Shown: one piece after another, positions 14,501 through 24,904 of the stretch
Layout of the letters: the number at the start of each line of letters is the position of its first letter
How positions within the stretch are numbered: the first letter of the stretch is position 1
Source: Mantamonas sphyraenae STR306
Taxonomy: Eukaryota; Protista; CRuMs
Direction: 5' to 3'
Assembly: GCA_026936335.1 (NCBI GenBank)
Contig: JAPMXV010000002.1
Coordinates: 310,001 to 374,000 of the forward strand
Length of the DNA: 64,000 nucleotides
Translations under genes and position numbers: made by a program
The notes under the pieces: model-generated
Databases searched by the model: none
What the model was told of the DNA's origin: nothing
What the model saw: the letters and a program-made list of their open reading frames with translations, nothing else

Positions 14501-16878
14501 CAAAGGGCCTTGTCCAGCAAATCCGCAGACACGCCTTCCTGGAGTGCTCGGAACACCTCCAGCCGTCCCTCCCCCGTGCCCAAGTCCGCATTCATCGAAC
14601 TGGCTGCCGCCGTGCGCGCCTGGCCCGGGTTGCCGTATCCTGCGCGCGAGTACAGCTGGAACAGCGGCATGGTGTTGGACACCCACTCGATCAGGCCACA
14701 CTCGTCGCCCAGCGGCGTGACTGTATAGTGCCGAGCCACCAGAGGCACCTTTTCCCGCGCCATGATCTCGTTGATGCGACGCAGCAGCTGCATGATGCGC
14801 TGGTCTTGGTGCAGGTCCTCGCTGCCCTTGAGCAGAAACAGGTGCTGGTTGCCATCTGTGGCTGTCATCACAAGCCGCTTCGGCCGCCTCTTGGTGCCCA
14901 GCACAGCCACTTCGTTGCGCACACTCTGCACATACACCGCGCCCCCCTCGCTGCCGCCTGTGGCGCTGCCCAGCTTTGGCAGCGGGCAATTCCCTTGCGC
15001 AAGCACTGCTCCCAACGAGGGGAACAACTCGTCCAGGGCCAGCTGAGAGGGGAGCGACAACATAGACTCCATGTTCAGCAGGGCATTCCACGCGCTCACC
15101 GGATCTTGCGCAGCCTGAGGCAGGGTCGCAAGCACGTTGGCCATGTGTTCGTTGGGCACGCCTGCCTTTTGCACCACCGTGTTCAGATAGTGGATGGTGG
15201 GTGCAAAGATGGCTTCGTAGCTCTGCACAAGAAGGCGTGTCTTGTCGCCCGCGTCCAGATGAATGTTCTTGACCAGATTGTCCCGCTCGCTTTGGTAGCG
15301 TTGCATCAGGCCCGGAAGACTCTGACGCACAGACGACAGCGCATTGGCCCATCGCTCGTGTGCCAGCACGCTCAGTGTGCGCATGGCGCTGACAAACACG
15401 TCGATGTCGTCGTGCACCTGCGTGCCAGCCAACTGCTCGGCCGCACTCACGTACGCCATTTCCACGGGGAAGCGGCTGGCCATTTGGGCCAACAATTCCA
15501 CCAGGACACTGTGCATATTCTGCATGGCCAGAAGCTGGGGAAGGACGACCAGCCAGTTTCGCAGCGGAACGGTCTCAATAACCCTCGCCTGCTCGTGGCT
15601 CTCTGCCTGCAGCATCAAGTCCAGCAGGCGCAGCATGAGAAGAGGAGTAGCAGCGTGTGTGTGTGTGGCGGCAGTGCAGTATGCATCCAGATCCTGCCCA
15701 CACAGCGCGTACGTGAGCCACGCCTCGCACGTTGAGCTCACCTCCAGCACAGAGGGCAGGCCTTCGGGCACGCTGCTACTGTGCACACGCATCCAGCCGG
15801 AAAGTGTGTCCCAGTGCTTGCCGGCCTTGTACAGCGTGGCCATGGCGCTTGCATAATCGCCCTGGGCGTGAAGGAGCAGTGCACGCCCAAACGCCGTGTC
15901 CTCCTGCGCCTCTTCCTGCCTCTCCAGCAGAGCACGGGCCAGATCCAAGTTGTTTTGTTCAGTGGCAACACCAACGGCGCCGGGAGGCACGGCTGCGTCG
16001 GATTCCAGAAGCGCATACAAAGGGAGCGAGTCTGTGACTGGCCTCAGCTCGCTCAGCGGCTGTGCATACACGGTGCGCGTAAGGTGTTTGGTGGAGTGCA
16101 CCGCAAGGTTGACCACCAAGTTCTTGATACCAGCGGCCTCGTTGAGGACGTTTGCAGGATGGTACAGGGAGTCGCTGGCAATGGCATCGTAGTTGCCCTG
16201 CGCAAAGGCCACCCGTGGAGCTTTGCTCTGATCCGACACAAAGTCCAGCTGCTGCAAGGTTTCTGCACATCCCAGGTGGGCCAGGGCGTCGGCAAACAAG
16301 AGCGCCTCTTGCGAGTCGCACTCGGGCGAGCCGTGGCTCCAAAATTGCGTTTGCAGCTGGTGGTGCACCTGGGCGAAGCTCTGAGTGACCTGAGCACTCT
16401 TGATGAGCAGAGGACGGATACGTGTGAAGTAGGTGGCACACACGTTGGCGTTGGTTGTGTAGAACGAGTCGGCCGACAGATAGATGGCGCGCTCCAGACG
16501 ATGTAGGAAGAGGGTCAGGTTTGTCAGAGCCAGCTGGTGGGCAGGCTTCTGGCTCAGGGCAGTGCGCATCATGTCACGAAAGGCATTGGTGGTCTGTGCG
16601 GCGCCGCCGAATTCCGTAATGAGGCGGTTGTCGACCGTGTGTGCCACGAGCGCTGCAATCGCCTCGGGCGAGCACTTTTGCTGCACGAGCATAGCGTAGT
16701 TGGACGACGGCTTGGTGGGGATGGGCGGAGAGAGTAGAGGGCGGCGGGGAAGAAGCAGATGAGGCAGGTACTCGTGCAGAGATGGACTGGACAAGACGTG
16801 CAGCGCCAATTGCGTGCGCTGCTTCTCGTTCAGCGAGTCCTGCGTGCCGTTTTCGATGTGTTGCAGCAGGTGAGACAT
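11536..16878 (-). CDS. SMG1: SMG1-like PIKK kinase (nonsense-mediated decay); 5' end uncertain
   Basis: 'LLKGSEDLHQDQRIMQLL', 'GLGDRHLDNIM', 'VHIDYNVCFDKG..LAVPETVPFRLT'; long insert after the kinase domain; FATC end 'LADMFVGWVPWV*'. Confidence 0.85.
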   Translation of the reverse strand: MSHLLQHIENGTQDSLNEKQRTQLALHVLSSPSLHEYLPHLLLPRRPLLSPPIPTKPSSNYAMLVQQKCSPEAIAALVAHTVDNRLITEFGGAAQTTNAFRDMMRTALSQKPAHQLALTNLTLFLHRLERAIYLSADSFYTTNANVCATYFTRIRPLLIKSAQVTQSFAQVHHQLQTQFWSHGSPECDSQEALLFADALAHLGCAETLQQLDFVSDQSKAPRVAFAQGNYDAIASDSLYHPANVLNEAAGIKNLVVNLAVHSTKHLTRTVYAQPLSELRPVTDSLPLYALLESDAAVPPGAVGVATEQNNLDLARALLERQEEAQEDTAFGRALLLHAQGDYASAMATLYKAGKHWDTLSGWMRVHSSSVPEGLPSVLEVSSTCEAWLTYALCGQDLDAYCTAATHTHAATPLLMLRLLDLMLQAESHEQARVIETVPLRNWLVVLPQLLAMQNMHSVLVELLAQMASRFPVEMAYVSAAEQLAGTQVHDDIDVFVSAMRTLSVLAHERWANALSSVRQSLPGLMQRYQSERDNLVKNIHLDAGDKTRLLVQSYEAIFAPTIHYLNTVVQKAGVPNEHMANVLATLPQAAQDPVSAWNALLNMESMLSLPSQLALDELFPSLGAVLAQGNCPLPKLGSATGGSEGGAVYVQSVRNEVAVLGTKRRPKRLVMTATDGNQHLFLLKGSEDLHQDQRIMQLLRRINEIMAREKVPLVARHYTVTPLGDECGLIEWVSNTMPLFQLYSRAGYGNPGQARTAAASSMNADLGTGEGRLEVFRALQEGVSADLLDKALWAHSQGPQHHWDMRHNYMDSCALMSMVGHVLGLGDRHLDNIMMDTQTGHLVHIDYNVCFDKGQKLAVPETVPFRLTRNMQQAMGIGGLHGYFAAKAQRTLDTLRLDDNRDEVLHMLQAFVYDPVVVSQQSDVVRRKHSAVQLLDSRLQQNEGRMQSALQAARDQLNSQDTARTLANLVSRVNQLAKNVRRVQPRRDKVRSLEQRLQDLQGKGKQAKAFLQNLAKQHAASKQLHASHETVVRSVKKELHTSLSRIQGALEADVRHIDLLFPVEFTNMTLSSRNMDASRAGECQAVDAAMVALVQPCYQSMNALAQEFAKAEHEALWDQRLLLEHPHTQWMQSFTKRQMSPPLRRRTPLKAQMAALTGRLQRNASSINWQRFIQQREALWTKDGPEEAAAWEADGYWFVHELKGDVGALAALLQDPEGVLDECQVFLEFAEETYEELVHTWQPSGECIQWAQARHGKFSEHQMRVKELREAQEWVESLEGQLRGTHAELRQIEGEVRKNPKEEEVQVLNALKEECGQRMQSLTARRRAKQDEVAALEEKVAELAKALEEDQSTFPDKTMESTLATNCPGLTLDANDWMRLTLKLADADLYVMSRMETWLKLYATQIMKAQLIALAEGQSQSGSSSGSSGGGGGGSGKGKQRGRRGDDRSVMKHMHQLAETYRREQSQKLERKDTDRVQEMMEKTVGLIAEAVAQLQVFQKERVETVMVDAGQQEAYESVCASLKRAGEQLGAFAAWHREVYDEEFAVGCEQRFGGELKQWVELNERLVSLDHQGRVVAKQLENVNRLFGTVKEEHRVQVEELREEIMQHRSKQMSFVQSMNRITNEVRALVADLGRPMDVLEEAAAPLRRAAKESWRELEALRKQCRALQRRVAGWLRADVSGDKVTVEALWAEMDALVGSMEAQWGAMCGCVVAQTEALEELEMEVSESLDEVPDVEQHEVMVSVRGKLDAQTSAQELMAMAMDEGRLADMFVGWVPWV

Positions 16879-17012
16879 TGCCAGAAGGGCCAAGGAGGTA
16901 GAGCAACAGCAGACAACACGGGGTCAGCGGCAAATGGGAGGTTGTGGGATGCACGCGAGCCAGCACGTGCAACTTTTTTGTTTGTTGGACCGGTTCGCGC
17001 GTCCCTGCACGC

Positions 17013-18842
17013 TCACACAAACTGGGCCACAAACACGGCAAAGCCGAGGGCAATGATGAGATAATGGCCAATGCGAGAGGCAAGCGAAAGCTTGACGAGC
17101 TTGAGGTGGACAAGCACAGGGAGAAGAAAGACGTAGATCATGCCGCACAGGGCGCCTGTGTAGCGCAGGAGCGTGCCCACCTGCGGGTAGAACACGGCAA
17201 AGAGAACCGAAACGCCAATGATGGTTGTGTTGAGGCCAAGCACGGGCAGCAGACCGGGCCACTGCTTCTGAAAGAGGACACCAAAGGTCTGGATGCGCAC
17301 GATGTACATGATGACCGGAAACACGGTGCTGAGCTGAAGGAGGAGGGAGGCACGTGCAGCAAAGGCCCACAGGTCATGGGTGGGGAAGTTTTGCAGAAAG
17401 TTCTGCTCGATCTCCACGTCCCGGAAGGCAATGTAGCCGACAACGCCCACGGCCAGGTAGCAAAAGCAGACGAGGAGAAAGGCAATGCCCAGATCGCGTT
17501 GGTTGTGCTCGGGATGGCGCTGGTTCTTGAGCATGACGATGACGAGGTTGTGGATGAAGAAGCTGACGGGGAGAATGCCGGCGAGAAAGACAAAGTTGTT
17601 CTCGTAGAGGGCGATGGGGATGTAGATGGCCGGTGTCGGCCTGGTGGTGGCGGATGACTGGGTGAAGAATTCGTCGCTGAGGGTGAGAGAGCGGTAGATG
17701 AGGAAAAACAGGTTGTAAAAGACGCAAATGACGCCAAACGAGTTGAAGCGCACGAGGAGGGAAAAGTCTTTCAGGGCACAGATGGGATACATGATGATGA
17801 GGAGGAGAACGGGTGCAACCTGGGCACTCCAGTCCGCAATGAGTTTCTGATTGTCGCTAAACTGGGCGAGCTGGAGGACGACCGAGTAGAAGAAGGAGGA
17901 CATGAGGGTGAAGTAGACGATGGCAGCGCCGACGAGGACCATGAGGGAGGAGCCCCAGGCAAGGTACCTGTAATGGTCGCCCAGGTGGGCACGGCACAGG
18001 TCAGCAAAGTCGTCGTAGTCACCCGAGTGACGGACGATGAGGAGGGCTGTGTACAGGGCGACGGCTCCAATCAGGAGGGTTGTGCCGATGCCCATGGCGA
18101 GACCGGCCTGTGAAAAGGCCCACGGCAGGACGAGGAGGGTGGAGCCGACCATGGTGTTCCAGATGGAAAAGATGGTGGTGAGGGAACTCTGTTTGCCCTT
18201 TGTGTGTGTGAAAAGGAGAATGGACGGGTCGATGATGTGTGCCGGCGGCGTGAGGTCGTGGCCTGAGTGCTGGGAGAGTCTGTTGTAGTATCTCATTCTG
18301 ACAGGTGGAAAGACGTGGGATGACGGGGTGTGTGGTGGGGTTGGGGGAGCGAGGGGGAGCGAGTGACGGGAAGAGGGACGGCGTGAACAGGGGTCAGCAG
18401 CATTTACGGGCAAGGCGAATGTGCACATTCAGGCAGCGGGTGTGGCATAGACGGCAGGTGGAAGGAAAGGGAGGGCACTGGGGCTGTGTATGGGGTACCT
18501 GTTATAATGAAGGGAGCCCTGTTTGGGCTGATAGGGTTTGCGTGGCGAGCCTGTGGTGCTGTAAGTGTTTGCAGCAGCACTGGCAGCGGTGGGTTTCTTC
18601 AGGCTCTGGTAATCGGTGACGGGCGGGTTGTTGCGGCCGCCAAAGCTGCGTGAGAGGCCGGCAGCAGTGATTGCATTGTCGTCCTGCTGGCGGACAGGGT
18701 CTTGGAGCAGTCGTTGACGCTCTTCAGGGATGTCCACGCCAATGGACTCGTGGGACAGTTCGTGCTCGTCGACGTCGTTGGACAGCCGCCTGTAATCGCC
18801 GTGCACGTTGATGGAAGTGTTGGAGGTGTCGAGACTGGCCAT
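17013..18842 (-). CDS. SLC38A9-like lysosomal amino-acid transporter (intron about 18427-18303)
   Basis: 'RYYNRL', 'SSLTTIFSIWNTMVGSTLLVLPWAF', 'SFFIHN', 'NQRDL' and multiple TM helices of the Aa_trans family. N-terminal exon starts MASLDTS at 18842. Confidence 0.85.
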
Positions 18843-18899
18843 GTGGGCGGAATGGGCGTGGGAACAAACTGGGGACGGTGGTGCTTGAACTGCACTGTG

Positions 18900-19107
18900 C
18901 TGTATTTTTCGTTTGTGCGTGAACGCACTCAATAAATGCACTCAAACTCACATAAATACTTGACCATGTCCAAAAGTTGGCTTACTTCGGGACAAATGGC
19001 TCCCAGGGCATCGTTGCTGTCTGCCCTGGTCACACCGAGCGGTGGCTTGCGCTCGGTGATCTTCGCAGCTCCAGTCGTCGATGGAACTGCCCTCACATCC
19101 TGTTCAC
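18900..19107 (-). ncRNA. Candidate Fanzor omega-RNA scaffold (locus 1)
   Basis: Consecutive inverted repeats directly 3' of the Fanzor stop: 19065-19090, 19033-19058 (9-bp perfect), 19003-19029 (8-bp perfect), 18964-18999 and 18915-18928. Stem mismatches become G-U pairs on the minus strand. The region ends at the motif shared with locus 2. Confidence 0.65.
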
Positions 19108-22100
19108 TCACCCTTCCGTACCGGTGGTGACTTGATCATTGGACGTGGCTGTGGCTGCTGCTTTCCTCTGTCTGCTGAATGGCATGGGTCGTTGTCCCGA
19201 TTTGATCTGTTCAACAATGGTCCAGAAGAATGCTTCGCAGGAGTGCTGGTCTCGCTGCATCGCCACGTGCAATGGAATGTCCTCGTCGTTGTGGATTTCC
19301 CGTTGCAGCAGCGCAAACAACGTCTGCTTTCTGGTGTGGTGATTGCGCGACTGGTATCCGCATGTTTTGCAGAACTGGAGCCTGCCCAGGGGTTTGCGCG
19401 ACACATTGGTGTTGAAACTGAGTGTCGTTCCACACCTGTGCACACTGGATGTGTTGTACTCGTCCAGGTCCTTGACCACATTGTAGTGCACGGCGAGCTT
19501 GTCCAACACATCGCCCGTCCGTCCGCCGAGGCTTGATTGTTTCTTGCCTCCAACCACGAGCACGTGCTTTTTTGGCATCCCTCTGTTGGCCATCAGCTTC
19601 AGGGTCTCTTCGATTGACCGTTGCAGGAACTGCGCCTGGATACGCGTGCCATGCTTCCTCCGTCGCATCTCGTCGTGTGTCATCGTAGGAACCAGCATCT
19701 GGAACACGTTGTTGTTGTGTGTCCACATGAGGACCCATGTGTCGCGTGTAACGCCCCAGTCCACCAAGGCGAACAAGGTGTCGTTGACAATGGACAGCCA
19801 CTTCTCCTCCTCCTTCTCGGTGTCTCCGTCGTTGTTGCCACCGTGGTCATCGACAGCACCACCATCCACCTCGCCCTCGTTGCTGCCACCCGTATCGTCG
19901 TCTCTGTGGTGTGCAATGTCCGTCCCTTGTGCAGCACCCACACCCACGCTGATGCCCCCACCTTGTTGTGACTCTACCTCCCTCCACATCGTGCCCATCA
20001 TTCGAAACTTGCTCACGCCTCGGGCACCGACATTCCGTCCCAAATCCCGCAGACGTGCATACTCCGATTCCTTCAGGAACGGTTCCATCCATCCGGGCAA
20101 GGTGTCGCAGTACTGCAGAATGTTGATCGCCGCTGTCAGCAGTGGTCCTGCCACTTTGTTCAGGAGGTTCTTTCCAGTGTCTTTGTCGCTCCCTTGGCTG
20201 TTCTCCGCCCGTGTTTTCATCTCCGCCTTGATCCACCACAGATGAGTCAGGCACTCGCGTTCGATTTTCGCGACCAGGGCACCGTGCGTGTCGGGGTCGT
20301 CGTGAGCAAAGGGATCGTCCACAAAGCTCTTGGGGTAGAAAACGATCGCAGCAGTGCCGGAGGACGAGACATGTGTGGTGCCCTTCCAGTGCTGCATCTG
20401 TGTCGGACGCATTTCCAGCACAACGGTGGTGTTCGTGGCAATGCTCGCAAACATGTCATCAAACAGTGCTGCCGCTGCATCCTCGCCCATCGCTTCCCAC
20501 CACCGTTGCACGGCATGTCGCACCTTGTCGGGGAAAATGTCTTTGTGCGTACCCCACAGCTCCAGCACGCGCTTCCAGGTTGTCGTGTTGATGGCATCCA
20601 CCTGTTCCTTCACTGCTCGCCACTGCTCGTCGTTCTCAAGCAGATATGGAACGAGGAGTCGCTTGGAGTCCTTAGGTGCAAACATCATCCCCACATCGGC
20701 ATCCTCAAGCGCGAGCTCCGGGAGCAGATTGTGCAGGATGCACAGGGGAGCGTGCTCCAACGGCCTTGCCTTGCGGCGTGAGTCTTTGCGAATGAGCATA
20801 TTTCCGTCCGTGTCGATCTCGTCCAACAGCTCCTTGGCCTTGAACAGCAGCTCCTTGTACCTCTCAGATCCTCGGATCACATCCGCCTTGGCGAGCGCGT
20901 CTGTCTGCGCCTGTGTCTTCTTCTTCGCCCCTGCGGCTGCATACACATCGTATGCGAAAGATAATACACCGCTGGACACACCATGGTGCGTGAATGCCTT
21001 GTGTACGCCTTCACTGGGGTGTGCTTCACTTGCCGCGTCCACAGCTGCAAGCAATGCAATGTCACTGCGATCTGGCGCTTCCTGTTCCTGGGTGATGTTG
21101 TCTTCAGCGTATTGCTTCAGCGCGGTGACGTACAGCAGCGCCTTCTTGCTCGTCACCACTTGCTTCAGTCTCGAAGTCACCATGTCCGCCAGCATCGAGC
21201 GCATGTGGGTCTGCGCACCACCGAGATGGCCGGTCTCCGGAAGCGGGCACTCCACGCTTACTGCGTTGGTTCCCTCCTTGCCCACAATGCGCCTTGTCTC
21301 GGTGTCCACGTACAGACGTCCCTTCACTGCAGACAGCACATCCGCAGCAAGTCCACGCGTACTCGTCATGTACTTCACCGCTGTGGCAATCTCTTTTGTC
21401 GTGCATCCTCGAAGAGCACAGATGATGGCGTTGACAGCAGTGAGCACACACGCGACGAGGTCGTTGTACGTCTCAGTCAGGCGGTGCAGCAGCTGGTCGT
21501 CCACTCCCAGAGGATGCAGAGGATGGAAGCCCATGTCGCCAAGCGTGGCCACGCCGTGCACGGTGCCAAGCGACATCGGGATAGTGGAGTCGTCCACGCC
21601 AGCGTCGGCCATGGCAGATGTGATGAACTCGGTCACTGCCTGGACGAGCACCTCACGGTCTTCAGGTGGAGGCTTGCTCTTGCTTGTCCGCTTGCGCGCA
21701 TGGCCCTGCTGCTGTTGCTTGTAGTGTTCTGCGCAGGTCTCCTCGGGAAGGTCATCTAGCGAACCAATTGCATGAGCGGTGCGTTCTTCGCCCCCGTATG
21801 CCCCTGTGTGGTAGGCCACACCAATCTGATTCTCGTCGTAGAGCGACATTTGTGCCATGTCTTCCATCTGCTGCCTGTTGAACACGATGATCTTCTCAAA
21901 CACGTGAATGCCATGCAGGAGCACGCGTGCGGTGTGACACCCAGACAATGCATCCGCTTGCGCCCTGAAAATGCGCTCGAACGAGACGTGTTGGACGTGC
22001 TGGACGCCCATGTTCACGCCAGTGCTGTCGACGAGTCCTTCTCCCGCAGCAAGATGCTGCCTCATGTAGTCAACCAGGTGGCGCCAGATCTGGTGCCTGA

Positions 22101-24904
22101 AGGTGTTCATGTCCGTTGTCGGTGTGCTGGCGGCGCTGTTGGCTTGTTCCACGTGCGTTGCCCGCAGCGTGGACAGATTCAGAAACACGGACATGGCCTT
22201 GTCGTCCTTGTCGTTCATCATGCATGCCAATGCCAGCTGTGGCTCCTCGAGCTTGAGATACAGCTCAATCTTCGCACGCGATGTTGCGGCTGCACCCTGC
22301 AGAGGTCGGTTTGGCAGGACGAAACGAGCGCCTCCCCGCACGAAGAGGGCCAGCCGAACTGCGTCGCACATGCAAGCCCGTCCACTTGTACTCTTGACCT
22401 TGCCACCGACAGCGATCTCGATGCTGATGTCGGCTCCCACCGCACCGTTGAGCAGGAGAAGGCTTCCCAGCCATGAAGATGCCCGCGGGGCGGATGAATG
22501 GAGCCGGAACACGGTACCGTTGGTGCACATGTTGAGCAGGTGCAAGATAGTAGCTTCGTCCTCGGTGGTGTGCTCCTGCAAGGCGACAGCCAGCCGGTGG
22601 TATGGGGCAATCATGCCGGCCTTCTTGTGATTTCGGCTCCATGCCCTGCTCATTGAGATCATGTACCTGCGTTGCATGCTCGCAGTCACGCCCGGTGCCC
22701 CTTCGAGGATGGCCTCGTGGGTCGCCAGGCCCAGGCAAACATACGCGCGCACGTCGACACTCTTGTCCACGTTGATCTTGCCGAAGGCCTGACTTCCCAA
22801 ATCGACGACGTGAATGCGGTTCTGCGGTTCCTCTTCCTTGTCCTTCTTCTCCTTGTCCTTCTTCTCCTTGTCCTTCTTCTCCTTGTCCTTGACTTGCTGC
22901 TCGAGGGCCTGCTGTGACACGCGTGGCTTCCCGGGTAGCGTTTCCCTGAACCGCTCCAGTTGTTCTTCCATCTTCTCCTCTGCCTCGACATCCTTCTTGT
23001 GCTTGTCACTGTCCAGAGTGTAGCAGACAGCGTGCACTTTGTGTTCTTCGGATGCATCACCGTCCTTTGCACGCAGGTACTCAAACTGTGTGTTGGCCAT
23101 GGACTGCCCCACCATCCCCACCAGCACCTCTTCTGTCGCCTCGATGCACTTCTGCTGCTCCCTCCTCATCTGTTCCTCTCGTTGCTTGCGCCGTTGCTGT
23201 GCAGCACGTTTCTTTCGACTTCGCCGCCCACGACCGCCCCCTGCGCCTCGCTTCTTGCGCTGCTTCTTCATGGACTTGTTCTTCGGTCTGGTGGGAACAA
23301 CGGGGCTGGGTAAGCGGATGGTCGACGACTGGCCCGACTGGGGTGGGATCAGCGCCGTGTATGGGCATGGCTCTGTCGTGCCAATCGTTGCATGTACCAC
23401 GCCCAACTCGTTTGGGGTCCCGTAAACGTCCTGTACCGCCTCGTCATTGAACTGGATCCACTCTCCTGTGTGCTGACGCACCAGTGCAGTGTAGTGTCCC
23501 GAGTTGGAGAAATGTGAAGGGTGGTAGAGTATCACGGTGCGCACTTGGGCACCCACGTCCACCCCAAGGTTGCTGGCCACAACGGCGCCCTGTTCGTATC
23601 TCCCATGGTTGTAGGTGTACACGGAGTTGCGTGTGGAGCGCATCTCGGTGGCGCTCCGGCCCTGGATTGCCCCTTCCGTGCACTTGCTGCAGTCCCAGGC
23701 GAATGTCCCCGTGCTTTCTGGGAGAACTGGGTGACCCATGAAGAATGCCTCCTCTTTGCGCGAGCCCAGCTTCTCCGCACACCCTGGGCAAACAGCGTCT
23801 GACTTCTCAACGACGACGCCACAGGGAACGTCCAAACAGAGCAGGAAATCGGCGTCGTTTCGCACCGCCTCAAGCGCATCATCCACGACTTGCGCGCATT
23901 GCGTGTGCCCATGAAGAAACTGTGCGAGTTTGTTGAGTCTGAGGAGGGACAGCACGTGTGTCGGCGTTAGTTGTGGCCAGTGCGGGGAGGGGAGGCGTGT
24001 GTGCAACGACCCGCCATTCACTTACGCCTCGGTGGATGACTGCTGCCGGCGCAGTTCTTCTCCACGCTCCACACAGAACCACAGATGGAGCAGAAGAGCG
24101 GCCTTGGAGGCAGCGTCCTCATCGATGGGGCCGTTGCAGCCCAGCACATAGGACCACAGAATACAAAGCAGGCGCATCTTCCAATCGCCGGCTGAAACCA
24201 GGTCCCAATCACATACGCACGGGCCGAGTGCAATCAGGAGGACACGCACGGCCACAGTCATGTAACATAGTACCCCTTCCACGTTGCTGTGGTGGGCAGG
24301 GCAGGGCAGGGCAGGTGGGGGGGGGGGTTTGTGAGTGAGTGATGATGCGCCACAACAGCACGCCAGAGGACACCACGTTGAGCGCCGTACCGAATGCCGC
24401 GTCGTGCTTTCAACATGTGTTTCACCACGGGGTTGGCTCCATCAGAGTGCTCCCCATCGTCGTCGTCGTCGTCATCAATTCGCAAGGCCGAGAAAAATTC
24501 GGTGGTGGCCTCTCCGCCCACATGGGGTGTAAACTGCTCACATAGCACATCCACGGCGGAATGGGTGGTGGTCTGCGGTGCATCCCGGTCCCGTGCATTT
24601 ATGCCTATGCATCGAACCAACCCAAGTGTCAGCTTTTGGCGCGCAACGCAAAACGACACGTCAACGTACATCCGAGGTTTTCCAGAAACACAAAGCACTC
24701 CAAGGGTGAGCTAGATTGCCAGTTAAAAACATCACCGGTCGTCGGTTCATCATCGTGACTCCCCGCATCCGGAGGAGTCGGTGTGGGTGCCGATTCATGG
24801 TCCAGGGCGCTCGCGGAGGCCTGCATTCGTTGCGCTGCGACCCTCCTCGACCGGCGAGGCCCAGGAGGGGCAGCGGCAGTGCTGCCCGGCGTCTCTTCAT
24901 TCAT
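19108..24904 (-). CDS. Giant Fanzor1-like RNA-guided nuclease with N-terminal USP (peptidase C19) domain; join(24904-24670,24604-24391,24286-24026,23938-19108), 1846 aa
   Basis: C-terminal RuvC-I 'FALVDWG' (D at 19759-61), 'HVLVVG', rearranged RuvC-II 'DLDEYNTSSVHRCG' (E at 19459-61), 'CKTC', RuvC-III 'QRDQHS' (D at 19249-51) and 'RPMPFSR'. Three GT-AG introns with matching phases reconstitute the USP Cys-box 'GIRNVEGVLCYM' and 'QQSSTEAL'; His-box 'GHYTALVR..GEWIQFNDEAV'. Confidence 0.8.
22836..22890 (-). repeat. 15-bp tandem repeat encoding (KDKEK)n inside Fanzor 1
   Basis: ttgtccttcttctcc units; protein 'KDKEKKDKEKKDKEKKDKEEE'. Confidence 0.7.

Noticed and set aside
23939-24021. ORF-track start of the 1637-aa ORF
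   Set aside because: It lies inside a clear intron (gtaagt...ctaac...cag); the real frame continues in upstream exons.
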